Source: Escherichia coli (GTDB lineage Bacteria; Pseudomonadota; Gammaproteobacteria; Enterobacterales; Enterobacteriaceae). Taken from it: a stretch of 64,000 bases of DNA. Positions within the stretch are counted from its first letter, which is position 1. Each line of letters opens with the position of its first letter. The stretch lies in the NCBI RefSeq assembly GCF_017348835.2, contig NZ_CP071375.1; one strand, written 5' to 3'. Position numbers and translations under genes: made by a program. This document shows positions 1 through 11,445 of the stretch, one piece after another. The notes below the pieces were generated by a model. That model did no database searches. It was not told the origin of the DNA and saw nothing but the letters and a program-made list of their open reading frames with translations.

Positions 1-1133
<1,133 letters not shown>

Positions 1134-2567
1134 CTATTTCAAGCGATAGTAAAGCTCACGGTACGACTTCGCCGCGACCTGCCAGCTAAAATCCATTGCC
1201 ATAGCCTGACGTTGCACAAACCGCCACAGTGAAGGACGGGACCACAGTACAAAAGCACGTCGAATAGCCCGTAACAGCGACCAGGCATTACTATCTTCAA
1301 AGACAAACCCACTGGCGACGCCATCTGCAAGGTTCTCAAGAGAACAGTCAGAAACCGTATCAGCAAGCCCACCGGTGCGCCGCACTAACGGCAGCGTACC
1401 GTACTTCAATCCATAAAGTTGCGTTAAGCCGCACGGTTCAAAACGGCTGGGCACCAGAATGACGTCCGCGCCGCCCATAATGCGATGCGAAAATGCTTCG
1501 TGATAGCCAATCTGAACGCCCACCTGGCCGGGGTATTCCGCTGCCGCCGCAAGGAAACCTTCCTGCAGCACCGGATCGCCCGCGCCGAGTAGCGCCAGCT
1601 GCCCGCCCTGCTCCAGAAGGCCCGGTAAGGCTTCCAGCACCAGGTCGAGACCTTTCTGGCTGGTCAGACGGCTCACCACTGCAAAAAGCGGCACTTTATC
1701 GTCAACCTTAAGCCCCATTGCGATTTGTAACTGGCGCTTATTTTCCGCTTTATCTTCCAACGTATCGCGGGTGTAACGCGAGGCCAACAGTAAGTCCGTC
1801 TCTGGACTCCAGATTTTCTCGTCCACGCCGTTCAGTACGCCGGAAAGACGCCCTTCACGGTGACGCTGTTGCAACAGACCTTCCATACCGTAGGCAAACT
1901 GCGGTTCGGTGATCTCGCGAGCGTAGGTTGGACTGACCGCCGTAATGTGATCGGCATAGTACAGACCGGCCTTCAGGAAAGAGATTTGTCCGTTGAATTC
2001 CAGCCCATGAATATTAAAGAATGACCATGGCAATTGGATGTCATTCATGTGATGTGCATAAAACATGCCTTGATAGGCCAGGTTGTGCACAGTAAACACC
2101 GACTTCGCCGGACGCCCGCGCGCCGCCAGATACGCAGGCGCAAGGCCTGCATGCCAGTCGTGCGCATGCACCACATCAGGACGCCAGAATGGGTCAAGCC
2201 CACTGGCCATTTCTGCCCCAACCCACCCCAGTAGCGCAAAACGCAATACGTTGTCGGTATAGGCAAATAAGTTGGTATCGTGATACGGGCTTCCCGGACG
2301 ATCATAGAGATGCGGCGCGTCAATCAGGTATATGCCAACCCCGTTGTAATGACCGAACAACAGCGTGATATGCCCGGCGAAGGTATCACGACGGGATACT
2401 ACCTGCGCATCGGTCACGCCACGGCGAATATCGGGAAATGCAGGCAACAGTACGCGAGCGTCAACGCCGTCTGCGATTTGTGCTGCGGGTAATGCCCCAA
2501 TAACATCAGCCAGACCGCCGGTTTTAAGCAGCGGGAACATCTCTGAACATACATGTAAAACCTGCAT
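1134..2567 (-). CDS. glgA: Glycogen synthase GlgA
   Basis: 477 aa [25 protein letters not shown]..., GT5 glycogen synthase signature; operon position. Confidence 0.95.
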
Positions 2568-3862
2568 TATCGCTCCTGTTTATGCCCTAACTTCCGTAGC
2601 ATTTCGCGCGTTACCAGCACGATGCCTTCTTCTGAACGATAGAAACGACGTGCATCTTCCTCTGCGTTTTCACCAATCACCATGCCTTCCGGAATAACAC
2701 AAGCACGATCGATGACGCAGCGGCGCAGACGGCACGAGCGACCTACCCATACTTCCGGTAACAATACGGCGGAATCAATGTTGCAGAATGAATTCACGCG
2801 AACGCGCGAGAACAGAACGGACTGCACCACCACCGAACCGGAGATCACACAACCGCCGGAAACCAGTGAGTTAAGGGTCATCCCGTGGCTACCGGAGCGA
2901 TCCTGCACGAATTTCGCTGGCGGTAATGATTCATTGTAGGTGCGAATTGGCCAATTGCGATCGTACATATCCAGTTCCGGCACCACAGAGGCCAGATCGA
3001 GGTTCGCTTTCCAGTAAGCTTCCAGCGTACCCACATCGCGCCAGTACGGCTCGGCATCCGGGTCGGATTGTACGCAAGAGAGCGGGAACGGGTGCGCATA
3101 GGCCAGACCGGCTTCGGTGATCTTGGGAATCAAATCTTTGCCAAAGTCGTGGCTGGAGTTCTCATCGCGATCGTCTTCTTCCAGCAGTTCATACAGATAG
3201 TCGGCGTCAAAGACGTAGATACCCATACTCGCCAGAGATTTGCTCGGATCGTTCGGCATTGACGGCGGGTTAGCAGGTTTTTCAACGAATTCGATAATTT
3301 TATCGTTCTCATCAACCGCCATAACGCCAAATGCGGAGGCTTCTTCAATCGGTACTGGCATACAAGCAACAGTGCAACGTGCGCCTTTTTCGACGTGATC
3401 GATAAGCATACGCGAGTAGTCTTGCTTGTAGATATGGTCGCCCGCCAGGATCACCACGTATTCCGCTTTATAACGGCGGATAATGTCGAGGTTTTGGGTG
3501 ACCGCATCTGCGGTGCCGCGATACCAGTTTTCCCCTTTCATTCTCTGCTGTGCTGGCAGCAGATCGACAAACTCGTTCATTTCTTCATTGAAGAATGACC
3601 AGCCGCGCTGAATGTGCTGCACCAGAGTGTGGGACTGGTACTGGGTGATCACGCCCATACGACGGATCCCGGAGTTGATGCAGTTAGACAGCGCAAAGTC
3701 AATAATGCGGAACTTACCGCCGAAGTGTACGGCCGGTTTTGCTCGCTTATTGGTTAAATCCTTCAGGCGGGTACCACGTCCTCCCGCCAGTATCAGGGCA
3801 ACAGATTTCAATGGCAGCTGGCGCGCCAACATTAAGTGATCGTTCTTCTCTAAACTAACCAT
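2567..3862 (-). CDS. glgC: Glucose-1-phosphate adenylyltransferase GlgC
   Basis: Track ORF 2567..3898; start moved to ATG at 3862 ([17 protein letters not shown]...) matching the conserved GlgC N-terminus; 1-nt overlap with glgA. Confidence 0.9.
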
Positions 3863-3879
3863 GACTAACTCCTTTTTTA

Positions 3880-5853
3880 TCATCTCTGGAACACACACAA
3901 TCCGTGTGCAGGTCCCTGCCAGACAGCCGTAATCACTGGGTTATCCTCTCCAGCGAATGGGGGAATGGCGTGCCACTCCCCAGCAGGTAAAACAATCTCT
4001 GTTACCTCAAGCGTGGCGTTAATTGCGATCAAAAAGCGATCCGAGAGCAGAATTTGCAGCTGTTTCGGCCCGTTTTGCCACTCATCCGTGCTTAAAGGTT
4101 GAGCATATCGATTTAGCCAACGGACATTGCCGTCGCCTTCTTCCCACCAGCGATTCTCCACCAAAGCGGGAATACGCTTGCGCAGATGGATTAACGCGGC
4201 GGTAAATGCGGTTAAACCACTGCTTGCCTGCGACCAGTCCAACCAGGTTAATTGGTTATCCTGACAGTAGGCATTGTTATTGCCATGCTGGCTGTGACCA
4301 TGTTCGTCACCGGCCAGTAACATCGGCGTACCCTGGGAGAGCAACAACGTTGTTAACAGGGCATGAATGCTGTCGCGCCGCCGTTCAACCAGGTCAAGAG
4401 AACCGCCTAACCCTTCTTTACCATGATTGTTACTGTAATTGTTGTTGGTCCCGTCGCGATTTTCTTCTCCGTTTGCTTCATTGTGTTTATGGTTGAAACA
4501 AACGCAGTCGCGAAGCGTAAAACCGTCATGCGCGGTGACGAGATTAATCGCGGCACTCGGCAGACGACCATTACGTTTAAAAACATCGCTGGAGGCAGCA
4601 AAACGCCCGGCAAACGCCCCCAGAGGCAAATCATAATGTAGCCAGAAACGACGGGCAGCATCGCGGAAATGATCGTTCCACTCGGCAAACAGCGGCGGGA
4701 AATTTCCCACCTGATAACCACCAGGAGCGATATCCCACGGTTCAGCAATTAACTTCACCTGCGAGAGCACCGGGCAGTTCTGGATAGCGGTAAACAACGG
4801 CGCATCCTGACGGAACTCAGGCGTACGGCCCATGACTGCCGCCAGATCAAAGCGGAAACCATCGACGTGGCAGGTTTCTACCCAATAACGCAGGCAGGCG
4901 CAGGCATAATCCACCACCGCCGGATGACTCAAATTGAGCGTGTTGCCACAACCGGTCCAGTTGTGATAATCGCCGTCTTCTCTTATCCAATAATAGCTAC
5001 GGTTGTCGATCCCACGCAGCGAGAATAACGGGCCGTCGAGGTCCAGTTCCGCACTATGGTTGAGCACGATATCAAGAATGACTTCGATACCCGCTTTATG
5101 CAGTGCTTTGATTGCATCGCGAAACTCATCCAGCGCCGTTTCTGGCGAGCAGGCATACGCCGGATACAGCGCAAACATCGCCACCGGGTTGTAACCCCAG
5201 TAGTTACTTAGTCCCATGCGTTGCAGACGTGGTTCACTGGCAAACTGCGCCACCGGCAGCAGTTCCAGCGCGGTAATGCCCAACTGTTTCAAATAGTTGA
5301 TCATCACCGGATGCCCGAGGGCTTTATAAGTGCCACGGATCTCGACCGGGATCTCCGGGTGCAGGTACGTTAATCCTTTGACATGGGCTTCATAAATGAT
5401 GGTGCTGCCCCACGGCGTGCGCGGCGGAGCATCATCTTCCCAGTCATAGTGATCAACCACCACTACGCATTTCGGCGCAATGGCGGCGTTGTTGCGATAG
5501 TCAGGTTCATTATGACCGGCGTGCAGCAGCGGGTTATCTTTAAACTCCCCGTCAATTTGCCGCGCGCAAGGATCAATCAACAACTTCGCCGGGTTAAAGC
5601 GATGCCCCTCGGCGGGTTGCCAGGGGCCATGAACGCGATAACCATAACGTAAACCCGGGCGCGCATCCGGCAGATAACCGTGCCAAATGTCGCCACTGTG
5701 CCCTGGCAAGTCATAGCGATGTTCCTGGCCATTGGCGTCAAAGACACACAGCTCTACCCGCTCGGCATGAGCGGAGAAAAGTGTGAAGTTGACGCCCTGA
5801 CCGTCGTAATGCGCGCCGAGGGGAGCGGGTTTGCCAATGGCGAGTTGTGTCAT
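3880..5853 (-). CDS. glgX: Glycogen debranching enzyme GlgX
   Basis: 657 aa [30 protein letters not shown]..., GH13 debrancher; overlaps glgB stop. Confidence 0.95.
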
Positions 5854-8036
5854 TCTGCCTCCCGAACCAGCCAGATAGTGGCCAGCGGTGGTAGCGTCAG
5901 GCTTAGTGAATGCTGACGACCGTGGCTGGCAATCTCATCGCTGTGTACCGTGCCGCCATTGCCTGCATTACTGCCGTGATAGTGCATGGAATCGGTATTG
6001 AGGATCTCACGCCATTTGCCTGGCTGATTAATGCCGAAGCGATAATCATGACGCGGCACCGGCGTAAAGTTACTGGCAACGATGATTTCGTTACCCTCTT
6101 TATCGCGACGCACAAAGATAAGCACCGAGCGTTCTTTGTCATCCACCACCAGCCATTCAAAGCCGTACGGGTCAAAATCCAGTTCATGCATCGCTTTATG
6201 GTGGCGGTAGGTGAGGTTCAGATCGCGCACCAGACGCTGGACACCGTGGTGCCAGTTATCGCCGCCTTCCAACAGATGCCAGTCGAGGCTGGCGTCATGG
6301 TTCCACTCGCGGCCCTGGGCAAATTCGTTCCCCATGAACAGCAGTTTCTTGCCCGGGAATGCCCACATCCAGCCATAGTAGGCGCGCAGGTTAGCGAATT
6401 TCTGCCATGCGTCGCCCGGCATCCGGTCGAGAATCGATTTTTTACCGTGGACCACTTCATCATGCGACAACGGCAGGACGAAGTTTTCAGTGTAGTTGTA
6501 GAGCATCCCGAAGGTCAGTTTATCGTGATGATACTGACGATAAATCGGGTCGAGTTTCATGTAGTCCAGGGTGTCATGCATCCAGCCGAGGTTCCACTTG
6601 TACCAGAAGCCCAGACCGCCCATATCCTGCGGACGAGAAACGCCAGGGAAATCGGTAGACTCCTCAGCCATTGTCACCGCACCGGAAACCTGCTCACCAA
6701 GAATACGGTTGGTATTACGCAAGAATTCAATCGCTTCAAGATTCTCGCGCCCGCCAAATTCGTTCGGGATCCACTCCCCCTCTTTACGGCTGTAGTCGCG
6801 ATAAATCATTGACGCCACCGCATCGACGCGCAGCGCATCAATACCAAAACGTTCAATCCAGTAAAGCGCGTTACCGACAAGGAAGTTACTGACTTCACGG
6901 CGACCATAGTTGTAGATTAGCGTGTTCCAGTCCTGATGATAGCCTTCACGCGGATCGCTGTGTTCATACAAGTTCGTGCCATCAAATTCGGCAAGCGCAA
7001 AGTCATCAGTCGGGAAGTGGCCTGGCACCCAGTCGAGAATCACGTTCAGACCAGCTGCGTGTGCGGCATCAATGAAATAACGGAAGTCGTCGCGAGTACC
7101 AAAACGGCGGGTCGGTGCATACAGGCCGGTTGGCTGATAACCCCAACTGCCATCGAAGGGATGCTCGTTAATGGGCAGTAGTTCGAGGTGGGTAAAGCCC
7201 ATCCATTTAGCATAAGGCACCAGTTGATCGGCCAGCTCGCGGTAGCTCAACCAGAAATTGTTGTCGGTGTGGCGACGCCAGGAGCCCAGGTGAACTTCAT
7301 AAATAGAGATTGGCGCATCAAACTGATTCGCTTTTTTGCGCTCTTCAGTCTGTACAACCTTTTCCGGCAGCCCGCAAATAAGAGACGCGGTTTCCGGGCG
7401 CATTTGCGCTTCGAAGGCATAAGGGTCGGACTTCAGACGCAAGTTGCCATTGGCATCAATCATCTCGTATTTATAGAGCTGACCGTTATGCGCCCCAGGG
7501 ATAAACAGTTCCCAGATGCCGCTCTCTTTACGCAGACGCATCGGGTGACGGCGACCGTCCCAGTAGTTGAATTGCCCAACCACCGAGACCCGACGGGCGT
7601 TTGGAGCCCAGACAGAGAAACGCGTACCTGTGACGCCATCCATAGTATCTGCATGCGCGCCTAAGGTTTCATACGGGCGCAGGTGAGTACCTTCAGATAA
7701 TAGCCAGGCATCCATTTCCTGGATTAGCGGACCAAAACGGTAAGGATCATCAATCAGGTTTTGCTGACCATGCCAGACAACAGCCAACTGATAGCGGAAA
7801 AAATTCTTACGTCGCGGAATGACGCCGCTAAAGAATCCCCGTGAGTCGAGACACTCCAGTTTTGCGAGTTTGCGCCCGGTTTTCGGTTCAATCACCCACA
7901 CATCGGTAGCGTCGGGTAAAAGGGCACGGACTTCCAGTCCCGCGGTGGTTTTATGCATTCCCAGTACGGAAAAAGGATCCGCAAAATGGCCTGCAATTAG
8001 CGCGTTAATCACGTCTCTATCGATACGATCGGACAT
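5850..8036 (-). CDS. glgB: 1,4-alpha-glucan branching enzyme GlgB
   Basis: 728 aa [31 protein letters not shown]...; first gene of glg operon. Confidence 0.95.
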   Translation of the reverse strand: MSDRIDRDVINALIAGHFADPFSVLGMHKTTAGLEVRALLPDATDVWVIEPKTGRKLAKLECLDSRGFFSGVIPRRKNFFRYQLAVVWHGQQNLIDDPYRFGPLIQEMDAWLLSEGTHLRPYETLGAHADTMDGVTGTRFSVWAPNARRVSVVGQFNYWDGRRHPMRLRKESGIWELFIPGAHNGQLYKYEMIDANGNLRLKSDPYAFEAQMRPETASLICGLPEKVVQTEERKKANQFDAPISIYEVHLGSWRRHTDNNFWLSYRELADQLVPYAKWMGFTHLELLPINEHPFDGSWGYQPTGLYAPTRRFGTRDDFRYFIDAAHAAGLNVILDWVPGHFPTDDFALAEFDGTNLYEHSDPREGYHQDWNTLIYNYGRREVSNFLVGNALYWIERFGIDALRVDAVASMIYRDYSRKEGEWIPNEFGGRENLEAIEFLRNTNRILGEQVSGAVTMAEESTDFPGVSRPQDMGGLGFWYKWNLGWMHDTLDYMKLDPIYRQYHHDKLTFGMLYNYTENFVLPLSHDEVVHGKKSILDRMPGDAWQKFANLRAYYGWMWAFPGKKLLFMGNEFAQGREWNHDASLDWHLLEGGDNWHHGVQRLVRDLNLTYRHHKAMHELDFDPYGFEWLVVDDKERSVLIFVRRDKEGNEIIVASNFTPVPRHDYRFGINQPGKWREILNTDSMHYHGSNAGNGGTVHSDEIASHGRQHSLSLTLPPLATIWLVREAE

Positions 8037-8308
8037 GCTTGTCTTCCTGTTTTATTGTGTCACCCCATCCAATTGGATTTTTGACTTCTGGTTGTGACAT
8101 TTTTTTGACCTGAACGGCGCAGCACTCTGTGCATCCTCTCTGCGTCGTCCTCACTTCAGGTAAGGCTGTGAATACTCATGTATTCAGCCACCCTTAAAGA
8201 ATAGCCAATGCTCTATTTAACTCCCGGTAAATCATGAAACATCTGCGCTTACTCCTGTATTACGCACTAACAGGGGCGGCATCGCGCCCCAGATTTAATG
8301 AATAAAGA

Positions 8309-9412
8309 TTACGCCAGTTGACGAAGCATCCGACGCAGCGGCTCCGCGGCCCCCCACAGCAGCTGGTCGCCCACGGTAAAGGCTGACAGGAACTCTGGTC
8401 CCATATTCAGCTTACGCAGGCGGCCTACCGGCGTGGTCAGCGTGCCGGTAACGGCAGCTGGGGTTAGCTCACGCATAGTGATTTCCCGATCGTTCGGAAC
8501 GACTTTCGCCCACGGATTGTGCGCAGCCAGCAGTTCTTCCACGGTCGGAATAGACACATCTTTTTTCAATTTAATAGTGAATGCCTGGCTGTGGCAGCGC
8601 AATGCACCGACACGCACACATAAACCATCTACCGGAATTACGGAAGATGTGTTGAGGATCTTGTTGGTTTCCGCCTGCCCTTTCCACTCTTCGCGGCTCT
8701 GACCGTTATCGAGCTGTTTGTCGATCCACGGAATCAGGCTACCCGCCAGTGGCACGCCAAAGTTATCCACCGGCAGCTCACCGCTACGGGTTAAGGTTGT
8801 GACTTTGCGTTCGATATCGAGAATAGCAGAGGACGGGGTCGCGAGTTCATCTGCTACATGGCCATACAGATGGCCCATCTGGGTTAATAACTCACGCATA
8901 TGTCGCGCACCACCGCCGGAAGCGGCCTGGTAGGTTGCAACGGACACCCAATCAACAAGATCATTGGCGAATAAACCACCCAACGACATCAACATCAGGC
9001 TTACGGTACAGTTACCGCCAACAAAAGTCCTGATGCCATTATTTAATCCGTCGGTAATGACTTCCTGATTGACGGGGTCAAGAATGATGATGGCGTCATC
9101 TTTCATGCGCAGAGACGATGCTGCGTCAATCCAGTAACCCTGCCATCCGCTTTCACGAAGCTTTGGATAGATTTCGTTGGTATAATCGCCGCCCTGACAG
9201 GTCACAATGATATCGAGGGCCTTTAGCGCCTCCAGATCAAAGGCATCCTGAAGTGTGCCAGTGGTTCCGCCAAAAGACGGCGCAGCCTGACCAAGCTGAG
9301 AAGTAGAAAAGAAGACAGGGCGAATGGCGTCGAAGTCGCGCTCTTCAACCATGCGTTGCATGAGAACGGAGCCGACCATACCGCGCCAGCCGATAAAACC
9401 AACATTTTTCAT
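8309..9412 (-). CDS. asd: Aspartate-semialdehyde dehydrogenase
   Basis: Track ORF 8309..9472; start moved to ATG at 9412 ([21 protein letters not shown]...), the conserved Asd N-terminus. Confidence 0.93.
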
Positions 9413-9603
9413 AAGCGTTTTTTCCTGCAAAGATGTGTGCTGTATAAATGTGCCGGTCTCCTCTTGGCACATCTTTCACCATACAAAAAGCAGCCAAAGT
9501 CGCAAGTGAAATTAATCAATGATAGCGAAGCCATCAGTAATGCGACTTATCCTGCTTTGTTAGCACGCAGAAAGTCCGCGGCAATTATCAGGGAATTTGA
9601 GTT

Positions 9604-10197
9604 ATGAATGAAATCATTTCTGCAGCAGTTTTATTGATCCTGATTATGGATCCGCTCGGAAACCTACCTATTTTCATGTCCGTACTGAAACATACTGAAC
9701 CGAAAAGACGGCGGGCAATCATGGTGCGAGAGTTGCTTATTGCTCTCCTGGTGATGCTGGTGTTCCTGTTTGCGGGTGAGAAAATTCTGGCATTTCTCAG
9801 CCTGCGAGCAGAAACCGTCTCCATTTCTGGCGGCATCATTCTGTTTCTGATCGCCATTAAGATGATTTTCCCCAGCGCTTCAGGAAATAGCAGCGGGCTT
9901 CCGGCAGGTGAAGAGCCGTTTATCGTGCCGTTGGCAATTCCGTTAGTCGCCGGGCCGACTATTCTCGCCACGCTGATGTTGTTGTCTCATCAGTACCCGA
10001 ATCAGATGGGACATCTGGTGATTGCTCTGCTGCTGGCCTGGGGCGGCACCTTTGTCATTCTGCTACAGTCTTCGCTATTTTTACGTCTGCTGGGCGAGAA
10101 AGGGGTGAACGCACTTGAACGCCTGATGGGATTGATTCTGGTGATGATGGCAACCCAGATGTTCCTCGACGGCATTCGAATGTGGATGAAGGGGTAA
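9604..10197 (+). CDS. yhgN: MarC-family inner membrane protein YhgN
   Basis: 197 aa multi-TM ORF, MNEIISAAVLLILIMDPLGNLPIF... Confidence 0.9.
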   Translation: MNEIISAAVLLILIMDPLGNLPIFMSVLKHTEPKRRRAIMVRELLIALLVMLVFLFAGEKILAFLSLRAETVSISGGIILFLIAIKMIFPSASGNSSGLPAGEEPFIVPLAIPLVAGPTILATLMLLSHQYPNQMGHLVIALLLAWGGTFVILLQSSLFLRLLGEKGVNALERLMGLILVMMATQMFLDGIRMWMKG

Positions 10198-10202
10198 GGT
10201 TC

Positions 10203-10242
10203 AAACAGGTGCTGCACACAACCAGACGCGGCACCTGTTTTA
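10203..10242 (+). terminator. Intrinsic terminator after yhgN (10-bp inverted repeat aaacaggtgc/gcacctgttt followed by TTTTATT)
   Basis: Inverted repeat plus T-tract immediately 3' of the yhgN stop; abuts the stop codon of the DprA-like gene on the opposite strand. Confidence 0.55.
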
Positions 10243-11445
10243 TTACCTGAACTGATAATGACCTTCGCCCAATCGGATAACCCTTCCCTCTTCTTCTGCG
10301 CGGTTCAGCCACACACTAATTTGTTCGATGGTTAAACCAGTACAAGACGCCAGCCTTTCAATACTTATCGATTCCTTTGCAAGGATCGCCAGTTCCGCCA
10401 CAAAGAGTTGATAAAAATCGACAGGCGTATACGCGGGCATTACTGCGTAATTTGCGTCATCTTCATGCAGCGAAAACAGTTCTGGTTGAGCGTTACGGAG
10501 TGCTCTGTCATACATCAGCCCAGGAACGTCTGGCAGTCTGATCGTCACATTCTCAGCCTGTTCAGCACTCCATGACGCCCCATTTTCTACTAATCGTGAA
10601 TTGGCTGATTGCATATCCTGATTTGGTTTAACCTGCACAGGCAGCCACTGATGTTTTAATGCCTCCATCGCCCCGGTTATCGTTCCACCGGTCATTCCCG
10701 CACGTACAACCATTGCGCTTTCAGCAAGGCAATAAATATATTTATTTCGCGCCATCGCATTGCCGACGGTGAAACGTACCTCTGGGTAAAACGGCGAAAT
10801 CAACACCAGGTTGCCTGCTATAAGCCCTTCACGCCATTTCACTAACGTACTCGTTTTTAACAAGCTATCAGCTAATACGCCAACGGCAGTTCCCCCGGCC
10901 TCCAGTGCCGACGCCATTGCACATTCATCAATACCTCGCGCACCACCAGAGATAACGCAAATCCCCTGTTGGGCCAGTTTCGCGGCCAGTTGTTGGGTAT
11001 AGCGCAAATCGTCAGTCGGAGCATCTCGCGAGCCAACAATCGCCATACCTTCCGCTTGCAGTAATGCTTTATTCCCGCAGCCAAATAAAACGGGAGGTGC
11101 ATCCGTTCGCAATCGGTTTTTCAAGCGAACGGGATAATCGGCATCTCCGCGGGTTAAGATCCATAAACCGGCGCGTTGCCACTTATCTACCGCCAACGCC
11201 AGACTATGACCGCGCGCCAGCAAGCCAAGAATACGCTCCTGAGAAATACGCGGATCGCTCCAGCCTGTAAGTTTATCTTGCGGTTGCGGCACCAGAAGCT
11301 CGGCGGGACTGATACGTTGGTGCTTCAGCCATAATGCAAACTTCCCCCATTCACTATTACTAAGAGGTTTATACTCACTCGCCGCCGCGCGAGAAAAATC
11401 GCTGGTTAGCAGGAGAGTTGCTTGTGCATTGGCTGAAAGATTCAT
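10243..11445 (-). CDS. DprA/Smf-like protein (SAM-like N-term, Rossmann DprA core with GGARGID motif, C-terminal winged-helix-like tail); partner of helicase-PRTase gene
   Basis: Track ORF 10243..11538; start set to ATG 11445..11443 (MNLSANAQATLLL...), which overlaps the upstream gene stop as TGATG; motif VISGGARGIDECAMASALEAGG typical of DprA Rossmann domain. Confidence 0.75.
   Translation of the reverse strand: MNLSANAQATLLLTSDFSRAAASEYKPLSNSEWGKFALWLKHQRISPAELLVPQPQDKLTGWSDPRISQERILGLLARGHSLALAVDKWQRAGLWILTRGDADYPVRLKNRLRTDAPPVLFGCGNKALLQAEGMAIVGSRDAPTDDLRYTQQLAAKLAQQGICVISGGARGIDECAMASALEAGGTAVGVLADSLLKTSTLVKWREGLIAGNLVLISPFYPEVRFTVGNAMARNKYIYCLAESAMVVRAGMTGGTITGAMEALKHQWLPVQVKPNQDMQSANSRLVENGASWSAEQAENVTIRLPDVPGLMYDRALRNAQPELFSLHEDDANYAVMPAYTPVDFYQLFVAELAILAKESISIERLASCTGLTIEQISVWLNRAEEEGRVIRLGEGHYQFR

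Noticed and set aside
2567-3898. N-terminally extended forms of glgC, asd, ggt, ugpC, livF, livK, livJ, ftsX, dcrB, yhhS, yhhT, yhhY, yhhL, yhhJ and gntK in the ORF track
   Set aside because: The track reports the longest ORF from the first start-like codon. The conserved N-termini and signal peptides begin at internal starts, so coordinates were trimmed.
5910-6812. 300-aa plus-strand ORF inside glgB
   Set aside because: Lies entirely antisense to the well-supported glgB coding sequence; protein is low-complexity with no recognisable motifs. Typical shadow ORF.
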